Shown: piece by piece, positions 10,915 through 20,125 of the stretch | How the letters are laid out: every line of letters starts with the position of its first letter | Numbering within the stretch: the stretch's first letter is position 1 | Position numbers and translations under genes: made by a program | The notes under the pieces: model-generated | Told to the model about the DNA's origin: nothing | The model's database searches: none | The model's input: the letters and a program-made list of their open reading frames with translations, nothing else | From: Cyanobacteriota bacterium | GTDB lineage: Bacteria > Cyanobacteriota > Cyanobacteriia > Cyanobacteriales > Nostocaceae | Length of the DNA: 64,000 nucleotides | Reading direction: 5' to 3' | Assembly: GCA_046045965.1 (NCBI GenBank) | Contig: JBJOKS010000004.1 | Span: 163,150-227,149, forward strand

Positions 10915-11699
10915 CACTGAGTGATGATCTAAGTTTTTCTCAAAATAGTGGTTTTGATGATGCCTCATCATCCTATCCCGTTGCTTTTGGCGTTACTTTT
11001 ACACCCAAAATTATCGGCTTTGTTGTGGGTGGCTTGGGGTTTCTGGGTGCTATCTATATGATAGTAAACATGGTCATGCCAGCTTGGGAAAATTTTCAGA
11101 AGTTGCAAACACAAAATAATACCCTGCAAACAGAAGTTGAGCAAAAACGGCTACAAGCTAAACAAGCCGATAAGGTACTAGCAGATTTAGCTCAGTCTAA
11201 GCAGCAACAAACCCAAGTTTTATCCTTGTTTGCTAATGAAACAAGTTTGGATACATTGCTATTAGATACCAGTCGCTTGGTAGAATCCAGTAATGGTCAA
11301 GTTCTGGGAAGTAATGCCATTAGAGCCAAACTCAAAAAGTTTATACCAACAGGAGATCAACCAGAAATAATCACTGATGGTAGTCTGGGAGAAAAAGTTA
11401 ACAATAAGCTCAAACGCCAAATTATCGAGGTAGAAATTGAAGGCAATTTTGAACAAACTCAGGAAATTATGCGTGAAATAGAGCGTTTACAGCCTTTGTT
11501 ACTCGTTCAAAACTATGATTCAAAATTGGTACCACCAGAGGAAGAAAAGTCCGATGACAAAAAGCCAGCAGTGCGAACAGGAATCGGAAAACTTTCAACT
11601 GCCTTTGACTTAGTGGCATTAATGCCATTAACTGCTGAAGAACTGGCAGAAATAGCAGCAGAAGCAAAAGCGAAAGCCGCTCCACCACCTAAGAAGTAA
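10911..11699 (+). CDS. pilO: Type IV pilus assembly protein PilO
   Basis: TM plus coiled coil, EG.F....F/I.R.IERL motif; overlaps the pilN stop (ATGA). Confidence 0.88.
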   Translation: MTLSDDLSFSQNSGFDDASSSYPVAFGVTFTPKIIGFVVGGLGFLGAIYMIVNMVMPAWENFQKLQTQNNTLQTEVEQKRLQAKQADKVLADLAQSKQQQTQVLSLFANETSLDTLLLDTSRLVESSNGQVLGSNAIRAKLKKFIPTGDQPEIITDGSLGEKVNNKLKRQIIEVEIEGNFEQTQEIMREIERLQPLLLVQNYDSKLVPPEEEKSDDKKPAVRTGIGKLSTAFDLVALMPLTAEELAEIAAEAKAKAAPPPKK

Positions 11700-11826
11700 C
11701 CATCGAAAGTCTTGAGTGCTGATTTGTAATTTGAATGCCAATTTAATGTACAATAGGTTACTTTGAGATTTCCGGTTAACAAGTAGATATACAGACTCGT
11801 TTTTATTTAATTGTGAGGAATGAACT

Positions 11827-14229
11827 GTGAAACAAGTTCATAGTAATGTTTTAATTTCTAGTGCCGCTGCTTGTGTCCTTTTAGCAGCGCAGCCAGTTTT
11901 GGCACAGACTACTCAAATTACTGATGTGAAACTAAATCCCGCTGATGGGGAAATTAGTGTAATTTTAAAGACTTCTGCTGGTGATAAACCCCAGGTTTTC
12001 ACCACAAAAAGAGATAAAGCCTTAGTCGCAGATATTATTAATACTCAACTGCGTTTACCGCAGGGTAAGAGTTTCCGCCAAGAAAACCCCGCACCGGGAA
12101 TAGTATTTGTAGAAGTTAATCAATTAGATGCTAATAGTGTCCGTGTCACCGTGATGGGTAGTGATAACGCTCCTGCTAGTAAGCCTGTAGTCCGTGAAAA
12201 CAACAATCTGACTCTCGGCTTTAATACAACTGGAGACGCGACAGCAGCAGCACCAACCACACCAACCACAAACACCACAGCATCAGTACCTACAACTCCC
12301 GCTGCGACTCCAGCCGTACCTGGTAAACAGCCAGATGTGCTAGTACCTAACCCAGAAATAACAATTGATGGTCAAAAAGCACAACCAGCAGGACCAAATC
12401 AACCTTTTAACTTAGCACCTCCCTTTTTACCTAGAGCAGTTGCGCCACCAGTGGGAGATATTACAGTCTCTAACATTGATACTTCTCCGGCTGTGATTGA
12501 TTTAGGCACTCAGGAACGAGTACCGCGCTTGGTGTTGCGAGATGCACCAGTGAGGGAAGTTTTATCACTGTTGGCTCGTGCTGCTGGACTTAACCTAGCT
12601 TATGTTGGGGCTGACGATGATAAAGAGCAAAAACCTGCGGGTGCTTCTGGAAGTGGAGTACAGCAAGAAACTAGAATATCTCAAAAAATCTCCCTAGATA
12701 TAGAAAACGAGCCAGTGCAAGATGTGTTTAACTACGTTTTGCGCTTGAGTGGTTTAGAAGGGAACCGCAGTGGCAGGACTATTTTTGTCGGTGCAAAACT
12801 GCCTAATTCGACCCGTGATATTGTGTTGCGTAACTTGAGGCTCAATCAAGCAACTGTTAGAGAAGTATCGAGTTTCTTAGTGCGTTTGGGTGCTGAAAGT
12901 GCTTTAAATCCTCAAGTACAGACTACTAGGGTGACTGCATTACAGCTTGAATCTGAAGAAGGAGGCCAAGGTCAAGGAGGAAATCAGCAGTCAGGTTCCC
13001 GCACTCAGGCTACTCAAACAAAGATAGAAGCTGAACGTATTGTCTTTCAAGACTCTGTTCCTATGCTTCGGGGTTTACAGGTATTGGGAGATGAAAGAAC
13101 CAATACTCTTACCTTAATTGGTACTCCTAATTTAGTTGAAATGGCGATCAATCAAGTCACTCCACTTGATTTACGTCGTCGTCAAGTAGTGGTTAATGTC
13201 AAAATTATTGATGTTAACCTGACAGGAGAGCAACTGACTAACACCAGCTTTGCCTTTGGAATAGGTGATAATTACTTCTCTGTTGACGGTGGTGCTGCAA
13301 GTGCGAATTTTGGAGGTTCAAGGACACCCACCAGCCAAGAAGTTAGAGATAGTGTGACTCCTACACCGACTACTGTTAATCCTTTAGCATCTGGTGAGCC
13401 GTTTATAAACATAGATCCGAATATTGCAAATCCCTTTGGGGGTATCACTGGGGCTAGGGCTTCGGTAAGCACTGACCCACTGGCAGCTGGTGTCACTTCT
13501 CAAACAGTTACTTTCGATGATGCAGGTAGGATTGAGAGTATCGAGCGTGAATTCGGTACTGCCAGTTTTTTCCAATTTCCCAGACGATTTCTAGCAAGTT
13601 TGCAAGCTCAAGTTACAAATGGTAATGCTAAGATTTTGACTGACCCCACTTTAATTGTCCAGGAAGGTCAAACAGCTGATGTGAGATTAACTCAAGAAGT
13701 AGTAGGAAACATCAGCAACGAAATTGTTCGTAGCGACGGTTCTACCACACAAACGATAACAGCAGAAAAAGAAACTGTAGGTTTGACCCTATCTGTAAAA
13801 GTTGATCGCATTGATGATAACGGTTTTGTGTCCCTATCCGTTGCACCTACTGTGAGAGCGCCCCAAGCACCGACAAATATTAACATTGGTACTGGAGGAT
13901 CTCAAACAATCTTTTTGGTATCTCAACGCTCCCTGAATTCTGGAACAATTCGTTTGCGAGATGGTCAGACGCTGATTCTTTCTGGTATCATTCAAGACCA
14001 AGACCGGACAAGTCTGACCAAGGTTCCCATTTTAGGTGATATCCCCCTGCTGGGTTCGCTGTTTAGAAGAACAAACAGAACCAATGAACGTAGAGAGGTA
14101 ATTGTATTGCTGACACCGCAGGTAATGGATGACTCAGAGCGTTCTAGCTACGGTTATAATTACACTCCTAGTCCCCAGGTGCGGGATGTCCTGGAGCGTC
14201 GCGGTTTGAAGGTTCCTGGTAGTCAGTAG
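11827..14229 (+). CDS. pilQ: Type IV pilus secretin PilQ with N-terminal AMIN domain
   Basis: Signal peptide, AMIN-like N-terminus, secretin signature DGQT.ILSGII...KVPILGDIPLLG.LFR. Confidence 0.95.
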   Translation: MKQVHSNVLISSAAACVLLAAQPVLAQTTQITDVKLNPADGEISVILKTSAGDKPQVFTTKRDKALVADIINTQLRLPQGKSFRQENPAPGIVFVEVNQLDANSVRVTVMGSDNAPASKPVVRENNNLTLGFNTTGDATAAAPTTPTTNTTASVPTTPAATPAVPGKQPDVLVPNPEITIDGQKAQPAGPNQPFNLAPPFLPRAVAPPVGDITVSNIDTSPAVIDLGTQERVPRLVLRDAPVREVLSLLARAAGLNLAYVGADDDKEQKPAGASGSGVQQETRISQKISLDIENEPVQDVFNYVLRLSGLEGNRSGRTIFVGAKLPNSTRDIVLRNLRLNQATVREVSSFLVRLGAESALNPQVQTTRVTALQLESEEGGQGQGGNQQSGSRTQATQTKIEAERIVFQDSVPMLRGLQVLGDERTNTLTLIGTPNLVEMAINQVTPLDLRRRQVVVNVKIIDVNLTGEQLTNTSFAFGIGDNYFSVDGGAASANFGGSRTPTSQEVRDSVTPTPTTVNPLASGEPFINIDPNIANPFGGITGARASVSTDPLAAGVTSQTVTFDDAGRIESIEREFGTASFFQFPRRFLASLQAQVTNGNAKILTDPTLIVQEGQTADVRLTQEVVGNISNEIVRSDGSTTQTITAEKETVGLTLSVKVDRIDDNGFVSLSVAPTVRAPQAPTNINIGTGGSQTIFLVSQRSLNSGTIRLRDGQTLILSGIIQDQDRTSLTKVPILGDIPLLGSLFRRTNRTNERREVIVLLTPQVMDDSERSSYGYNYTPSPQVRDVLERRGLKVPGSQ

Positions 14230-14294
14230 ACTGTGCAGATACCCGGATTGTTGGTAAATCCGGGTTGGAAACTGTCACCCAGCACCCACACAAT

Positions 14295-14329
14295 AATGTA
14301 TTGACATTGTGTACACGATTAGTTATAGT
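14295..14329 (+). promoter_or_regulatory. Sigma70-type promoter of the TA operon, with overlapping palindromes
   Basis: TTGACA (14301-14306), 17-bp spacer, TATAGT (14324-14329). Palindromes: AATGT-attg-ACATT (14295-14308) and GTGTACAC (14309-14316). Confidence 0.7.
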
Positions 14330-14365
14330 AGGCGTAATGGAGTAATTAAAATTCAGGAAACTAAA

Positions 14366-14656
14366 ATGGTAGCTTCCTTTGAAATGGATAATTCTGGACG
14401 CAATCAGGTTATTAATATTAGAGTTCAAGAAAAACAGCGTAATTTAATTGATTATGCTGCATCAATTCTTGGTAAAACTCGTTCTGATTTCATGTTAGAT
14501 GTCGCTTGTAGAGAAGCAGAAAAAGTAATTTGTGATCAAACTTTTTTTGCTTTAGATGAAAAAAAATATCAAGAATTTATTGATATTTTAGATGCACCAC
14601 CTCAAGCAGATGAGGAACTACGTAAGTTTTTAGCTGCTAAATCACCTTGGGATTAA
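14366..14656 (+). CDS. DUF1778 ribbon-helix-helix antitoxin (TacA/AtaR-like)
   Basis: INIRV...QR.LID.AA...GK.RSDFML..A...A...I.DQT.F.L......F...LD.PP pattern; AGGA upstream of the ATG at 14366. Confidence 0.9.
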   Translation: MVASFEMDNSGRNQVINIRVQEKQRNLIDYAASILGKTRSDFMLDVACREAEKVICDQTFFALDEKKYQEFIDILDAPPQADEELRKFLAAKSPWD

Positions 14657-14658
14657 GA

Positions 14659-15159
14659 ATGGCGCAGACGAAAATTATAGAAGCTCCTCAACCAATTAAT
14701 TCTAGCCATGATATATCACAATTCAAATCAAGGTCAGAAACTTTAAATTATTGGTTGAGGGAAAAAGCATTTAAAAATGAGGGTGATACTGCCAGAACTT
14801 ATGTAGTAACTTGTGAAAACAAAGTAATTGGTTATTACTGTTTAGCAAGTTCTGGTGTATATCACTCAGTGGCTATTAGAAAAGTCAAGCAAAATGCACC
14901 AGATCCAGTTCCTTGTATGATCATTGGTAGGTTAGCTGTTGATGAACAATGGGAAGGGCAAGGTATAGGATCTGGTTTACTAAGAGATGCAATTTTTCGG
15001 GTTTTACAAGCATCCAAAATTGTCGGAATACGATGTATTTTAGTTCATGCTAAAGATGAAGAAGCTAAACAATTTTATCTAAAACATAAATTTAAGCCCT
15101 CACCGATAGAACCTTTAACATTAATGTTGCCTTTACAAGATATTGTTGCGAATCTTTAA
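14659..15159 (+). CDS. GNAT acetyltransferase toxin (TacT/AtaT-like)
   Basis: VIGYY.L, P.P.P...IGRLAVD...G.GIG..LL.DA, VHAKD..A..FY motifs; directly follows the DUF1778 gene. Confidence 0.9.
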   Translation: MAQTKIIEAPQPINSSHDISQFKSRSETLNYWLREKAFKNEGDTARTYVVTCENKVIGYYCLASSGVYHSVAIRKVKQNAPDPVPCMIIGRLAVDEQWEGQGIGSGLLRDAIFRVLQASKIVGIRCILVHAKDEEAKQFYLKHKFKPSPIEPLTLMLPLQDIVANL

Positions 15160-15561
15160 GAAGCATAAACGTTTCATGCAACGTCTTTACAAGGCTTTTC
15201 AACTTTGTTTTGTGGTTCATTTACCTGATCTTTACCCAGTCCCCAGTAAAGAGTCCCCACTCCCCAGTCCCCAATTCCCAGTAAGCATTTATTCCTAAAA
15301 ATTCCGTGTTTCCAGGGCAACTATGCAGCAAAAAACACAATAAATTCTGAAATCTATATAAATTAATGCTTTCATCTATCCACTTCTGGCTACAACACCT
15401 TAGAATGATTCATTGAAAAGTCGAGCCAATCTGATTTACAGGGGTTTTGAGTGTAAATACTCTTAAGGGACGATTTTTGTAATTCTGCCAACAGAGATTT
15501 CCGTAAAGATGCGACAGAGTACATCTTGAATAAATCTCAAGTAAACCTCAAGGAGTTTGAT

Positions 15562-15846
15562 ATGAACAAAGGCGAATTAGTTGATGCAGTGGCTGAAAAG
15601 GCTAGTGTGACTAAAAAACAAGCCGATGCTGTCTTAAGTGCCGCCATAGAAACTATTATTGAGGCTGTGGCCTCTGGCGATAAAGTCACTTTGGTGGGAT
15701 TTGGTTCTTTTGAATCACGGGAACGCAAAGCTCGTGAAGGTCGCAACCCCAAAACTAATGAAAAAATGGAAATCCCAGCAACCAAGGTTCCCGCCTTCTC
15801 CGCTGGGAAACTATTTAGAGAAAGGGTAGCACCCCCAAAAGAGTAG
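15562..15846 (+). CDS. hup: DNA-binding protein HU
   Basis: MNKGELV...GFGSF..RER.AREGRNPKT; AAGGAG RBS before the ATG at 15562. Confidence 0.97.
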   Translation: MNKGELVDAVAEKASVTKKQADAVLSAAIETIIEAVASGDKVTLVGFGSFESRERKAREGRNPKTNEKMEIPATKVPAFSAGKLFRERVAPPKE

Positions 15847-15872
15847 GTTCTGTTCTAGGAAATCTATTTTTG

Positions 15873-17021
15873 ATGCGACAACAAGCACACGGGGGAAATT
15901 TAGCTTGGGCAGCGGCATTAGCTGGCTGTTCCCCGGATGCTATTGTCGATTTTTCTGCTAGTATCAGCCCGTTGGGACCGCCAAAGAGCGTTATTGCTGC
16001 GATCGCGTCCCAACTTTGTAATCTTAAACACTATCCTGATCCAGATTACAGTGAACTAAAACTAGCTCTGGGTCAGTTTCATCAAGTACCTTCTGAGTGG
16101 ATTTTGCCAGGAAATGGTTCCGCAGAATTACTGACTTTAGCAGGTAGGGAATTAGGGCAACTGGCAGCAACAGTTTTAATGACTCCAGCCTTTGGCGACT
16201 ATTACCGCACTCTAGCGGCTGATAATGCTAAAGTGCTGGAGTTTCCTATTTTGCGGACTCTTTACTGGGGACTGGGAAAAATTTATTCCTCATTTTCTTC
16301 AGATACCCCTTCTAAAAATTGTGGTTTATTGCTAAATAACCCGCACAACCCCACGGGGAGGCTGTTTTTACGAGATGAGATTTTGCCTTACCTGAAAGAT
16401 TTTGCTTTGGTGGTGGTGGATGAGGCCTTTATGGATTTTCTGCCTCCTGATCAGGAACAAAGTCTGATAGGGTTGGTGCAGGAATATGAGAATTTGGTGA
16501 TATTGCGATCGCTGACAAAATTTTACAGTCTACCAGGGTTAAGGTTAGGATATGCGATCGCTCACCCTGACCGTCTAGCTAAATGGCAATTATGGCGAGA
16601 TCCCTGGCCTGTCAATACTCTAGCGGCAGCCGCAGCAATAGCAGCACTGCAAGATACAGACTTTCAACAACAGACCTGGAAATGGCTACCACAGGCACGA
16701 AATCAACTTTTTGATGGTTTAACCTCAATTAACGGATTACGACCCCTAGAAGGTGCTGCTAACTACCTATTGGTAGAGTCTCAACAGTCAACGTCTGAGT
16801 TACAAGAACAATTACTGCGACAGTACCAGATTTTAATTCGTGATTGTCGCAGTTTTAAAGAATTAGGCGATCGCTTTTTCCGCGTTGCTGTCCGTTCCGA
16901 ATCTGATAATGAACGCTTAATAGCAGCACTCAAGTCGGTTATCAGGGAACAGGGAACAGGAAACAGGAAACAGGGAACAGGGAACAGGGAACAGGGAAAA
17001 CAACTGATAAATGAAAATTGA
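15873..17021 (+). CDS. cobD: Threonine-phosphate decarboxylase (PLP class I/II aminotransferase fold)
   Basis: HGGN, DFSASI.PLG, NNPHNPTG, DEAFMDF and RSLTKFY.LPGLRLGY motifs. Confidence 0.9.
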   Translation: MRQQAHGGNLAWAAALAGCSPDAIVDFSASISPLGPPKSVIAAIASQLCNLKHYPDPDYSELKLALGQFHQVPSEWILPGNGSAELLTLAGRELGQLAATVLMTPAFGDYYRTLAADNAKVLEFPILRTLYWGLGKIYSSFSSDTPSKNCGLLLNNPHNPTGRLFLRDEILPYLKDFALVVVDEAFMDFLPPDQEQSLIGLVQEYENLVILRSLTKFYSLPGLRLGYAIAHPDRLAKWQLWRDPWPVNTLAAAAAIAALQDTDFQQQTWKWLPQARNQLFDGLTSINGLRPLEGAANYLLVESQQSTSELQEQLLRQYQILIRDCRSFKELGDRFFRVAVRSESDNERLIAALKSVIREQGTGNRKQGTGNREQGKQLINEN

Positions 17022-18531
17022 CTACGATATTGTAATTATTGGCAGTAGTATTGCTGGATATGAAGCGGCTTTAACAGCAACCCAACTACAAGCTAAAGTG
17101 GCTTTGGTACAGCCTCAAGTCAACTATGAATTCAATTATCATTACGCACTCAGCGAACTTGCTAACATTTCTCAGCAGTGCTTTGATATTAATAATCTTG
17201 GCATTATTGCCCAAAATAAAACTATTCAAAATATAGAATCTGATATTTACCTGAATCAGCACATTAACGATACAAAAATACCAGAAAAACCTGGTTGCGT
17301 CTATTCTTACAAGCGAGCAAGTTTGTATGCTCAAGGTATTGCAGCAAATCTCAACCAAATTAAATCCCTTGCTAATTTAGCCACCCAAGGGGTTGATGTC
17401 ATTATTGGTAGGGGTAAATTTCAATCTTTTCAACAATTAGGTTTTGCGGTTAATGATAGACTGTTACGCGCCCGTACCTATTTACTCGCTTGTGGTTCAC
17501 GTCCCAGAATTCCTGATATTGAAGGGTTAAACACTACAGGTTATCTCACTTTAGCTAATATTTGGCAGACTTTAGAAAAAACAAAAGAAAAATCAAACCC
17601 GCCAAAAAATTGGGTAATTCTGGGTGGTTTACCCCAAAGTATTGAAATTGCCCAAACTTTAGCCCGCTTGGGTTTCAGCGTCAATTTAATATTAAATCAT
17701 CCCAATGTTTTATCTTATCTTGATCCAGAAATATCCCAATTATTGATAGCACAATTAGAAGCTGATGGGGTAAAAGTTTTCACCCAAACAATAGTAACTC
17801 AAGTGCGGCAAATTGAAGATAAAAAATGGGTTCAAGCTGGAGATAAAGCTATTGAAACTGATGAAATTTTAGTTGCTATTGGACAACAACCAAATATAGA
17901 AGATTTGAATTTAGCAAATGTAGGAGTAAAATGGTATCCACGTCGTTTAGTTGTCAATGAAAAATTACAAACGACAAATCGAAGTATTTACGCTTGTGGT
18001 GATATTCTTGGTGGTTATGATATTCCCAACATAGCTAATTATGAAGCTAAAATCGCTGTAAAAAATGCTTTATTGTTTCCGAGAATAGCAGTTAATTATT
18101 CTTATATTCCTTGGATGATATCTTCTCAACCAATGGTTACACAAGTAGGTTTAACAGAACCGCAAGCTAAAAGAAGATACGGTAAGAAAGAGGTTTTAGT
18201 TTTTAAAAACTATTTTAAATCAATAACAGCAGCACAAATTAAAAATAAAATTACAGGTATTTGTAAATTAATTGTTTTGGAAAATGGCAAAATATTAGGT
18301 TGTTCTATATTAGGTGCTGAAGCAGGGGAATTAATTAATTTAGTTGCTTTTGCAATGTCTGAAAATCTGAAAGTTGAGAATTTAGAAAATTTAGCTTCTG
18401 TTTATCCCAGCTTCTCAGAAATATTAGCACAAACCGCAGGAGAATGGAGCAAACAAAGGCTAAATAAAAACCACATTTTACAAGAATTTCTCCAGAGTTT
18501 CTTCCATTTTCGCAGAGATTGGAATTTTTGA
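17011..18531 (+). CDS. Pyridine nucleotide-disulfide oxidoreductase-like flavoprotein (LpdA/MerA fold, degenerate)
   Basis: YD.VIIG, A.GS.P..P.I.G, IYACGD, VGLTE..A and dimerisation-domain pattern; no CxxxxC redox motif is visible. Confidence 0.8.
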   Translation: MKIDYDIVIIGSSIAGYEAALTATQLQAKVALVQPQVNYEFNYHYALSELANISQQCFDINNLGIIAQNKTIQNIESDIYLNQHINDTKIPEKPGCVYSYKRASLYAQGIAANLNQIKSLANLATQGVDVIIGRGKFQSFQQLGFAVNDRLLRARTYLLACGSRPRIPDIEGLNTTGYLTLANIWQTLEKTKEKSNPPKNWVILGGLPQSIEIAQTLARLGFSVNLILNHPNVLSYLDPEISQLLIAQLEADGVKVFTQTIVTQVRQIEDKKWVQAGDKAIETDEILVAIGQQPNIEDLNLANVGVKWYPRRLVVNEKLQTTNRSIYACGDILGGYDIPNIANYEAKIAVKNALLFPRIAVNYSYIPWMISSQPMVTQVGLTEPQAKRRYGKKEVLVFKNYFKSITAAQIKNKITGICKLIVLENGKILGCSILGAEAGELINLVAFAMSENLKVENLENLASVYPSFSEILAQTAGEWSKQRLNKNHILQEFLQSFFHFRRDWNF

Positions 18532-18680
18532 CGCTCCCCGCCTTAAAAGGACGGGGATTCTTGTTTCAATGAGCAACCTTGCCCAAACTTGTTACCAAAT
18601 CTGGGTAGAGGGTCATCTCTCCACAAGCGTTAAAAGTTTCCGTCCGCCCGACGGTACTTAAATCATAGCCAGTCTGTTTT
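18528..18680 (-). ncRNA. Predicted omega/reRNA scaffold of TnpB; guide would start AAAUUCCAAUCUCUGCG
   Basis: TnpB reRNAs are known to derive from the 3' end of tnpB plus the right end, with flanking DNA as guide. The 5' boundary given here is a guess. Confidence 0.55.
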
Positions 18681-19816
18681 AGTGCCTTCGCCAAAATATT
18701 GATTGCAGCATTATGGTCACGATCAAGAACACACCCACAGATGCAAACATGAGTTCTAACTGAAAGTGATTTTTTGACAGTTTCTCCACAATTAGAACAA
18801 TTTTGAGAAGTATATTGTGGGGCAACTGGTACAACCACACGCCCGTAAATCTTCCCAAAATATTCTAGCCATTGAGTAAACAGCGACCAACTAGCATCAC
18901 TAATTGACTTGGCTAACTTGCTATTTTTAACCATATTTCTCACTTGCAGTTTTTCAAACGCCACTAAATCGTTAGATTTAACCACGCACAATGCTTGTTT
19001 TACAGCAAAGTCTTTACGTTGACGTGATACTTGCAAGTGTTTCCTACCAAGACGGTTAATAGCTTTTTTGCGATTATTAGAACCTTTTTTCTTACGACTA
19101 ACTCTTTTTTGTAGCCGTTTCAAAGATTTCTCTGACTTCCGCAAATATCTAGGATTGTCAACTTTTTCACCTTGAGAATCCGTATAGAAGCTATTTAAAC
19201 CAACATCTAATCCAACCGTTTTACCTGTTGGAGCGGTGTCAATTTTTCGTTCTGCATCCACGCAAAACTGCACATAATAACCGTCAGAACGTTTAACTAT
19301 CCTGACTCTCTTTATTTGCTTGATTTGGTAAAAGTGTAAATCCCAAGTTCCAATTAACTTTAGTTGACCTATACCACATTTATCTATAAATTTTATGTGC
19401 TTACGGTCATCTAAAAGTTTCCATCCAGTTGACTTATATTCAACTGAACGGTTATTCTTTTGAAATTTGGGATATCCCTTTTTACCAGGGATTTTAGCCT
19501 TACCCTTCGGGTTCGCCAGTTCCTCTTTGTTGGAACAACAAGACCGGACTGGCTCACAATTATCAAAGAATCGTTTAATTGCAAAAGCTGTTCTTTCTGC
19601 TGCTGCTTGTCTAGCCATTGAATTTAATTTATCAGCAAAATCAAATTCCGACGCTAAAACAGCAGTATATTTATTTAGGTCGTAGGGTTTAACATTTTGA
19701 TTGTCCATCCAAAACCGTAGGCACTTGTTACGAATGAACTGGCTTATGCGTATAGCCTCATCAATTCTCTGATATTGCTGTTTTGTGCCTTTGGCTTTGA
19801 ACTCAAAAACAATCAT
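18566..19816 (-). CDS. tnpB: TnpB RNA-guided endonuclease (IS605/IS1341-type)
   Basis: RuvC residues GLDVG, AFEKL and DRDHNAA; TSQ.CS.CG zinc ribbon. Start is ATG 19816 or 19828. Confidence 0.95.
   Translation of the reverse strand: MIVFEFKAKGTKQQYQRIDEAIRISQFIRNKCLRFWMDNQNVKPYDLNKYTAVLASEFDFADKLNSMARQAAAERTAFAIKRFFDNCEPVRSCCSNKEELANPKGKAKIPGKKGYPKFQKNNRSVEYKSTGWKLLDDRKHIKFIDKCGIGQLKLIGTWDLHFYQIKQIKRVRIVKRSDGYYVQFCVDAERKIDTAPTGKTVGLDVGLNSFYTDSQGEKVDNPRYLRKSEKSLKRLQKRVSRKKKGSNNRKKAINRLGRKHLQVSRQRKDFAVKQALCVVKSNDLVAFEKLQVRNMVKNSKLAKSISDASWSLFTQWLEYFGKIYGRVVVPVAPQYTSQNCSNCGETVKKSLSVRTHVCICGCVLDRDHNAAINILAKALKQTGYDLSTVGRTETFNACGEMTLYPDLVTSLGKVAH
19502..19555 (-). repeat. 54-bp hairpin-forming small dispersed repeat inserted in frame in tnpB
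   Basis: Encodes EPVRSCCSNKEELANPKG between FFDNC and KAKIPGKKGYPKF; nested stems GCCAGT..ACTGGC, TTGTTG..CAACAA and CCC-GAA-GGG. Confidence 0.7.
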
Positions 19817-19843
19817 GTTGATTACCATCTCGACCTACTCCAA

Positions 19844-19872
19844 AAACTAGGATTATTTAGGGAAACTGTCAA
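19844..19872 (-). promoter_or_regulatory. Putative tnpB promoter
   Basis: Minus strand TTGACA, 17 bp, TAGTTT. Confidence 0.45.
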
Positions 19873-20125
19873 TCCCTAAGCAGCTAAGTCAGGATTATGA
19901 CTGCCTCTAAAGGGGCAAGCCGTTCGCCTACATCCACTGTTCCTTAGTGCGATAAAGTATCAATGCCTTGCTCTGATACTTTATCGGCCGTGGTTTTGGC
20001 TCACTCGATTTTCTTATAATATTGGGGATTGGGGACTGGGGACTGGGAAGAAAGCAGGGGAAGCAGGGGAAGCAGAGGAGAAGAAGTTTACTATCTATTA
20101 CCAATTACCAATTACCCATTACCTA

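Larger units (their letters stand above)
18528..20015 (-). mobile_element. IS200/IS605-family non-autonomous element (tnpB only)
   Basis: Right-end hairpin GAATCCCCGTCCTTTTAAGGCGGGGAGCG-TCAA (minus strand) ends at 18528. The left end follows TTAT (ataa at 20016-20019 on +). Removing 18528-20015 restores the host frame TGG AAT TTA TAA. Confidence 0.8.

Noticed and set aside
8991..14229. Absence of pilP from pilMNOQ
   Set aside because: This is the normal arrangement in cyanobacteria.
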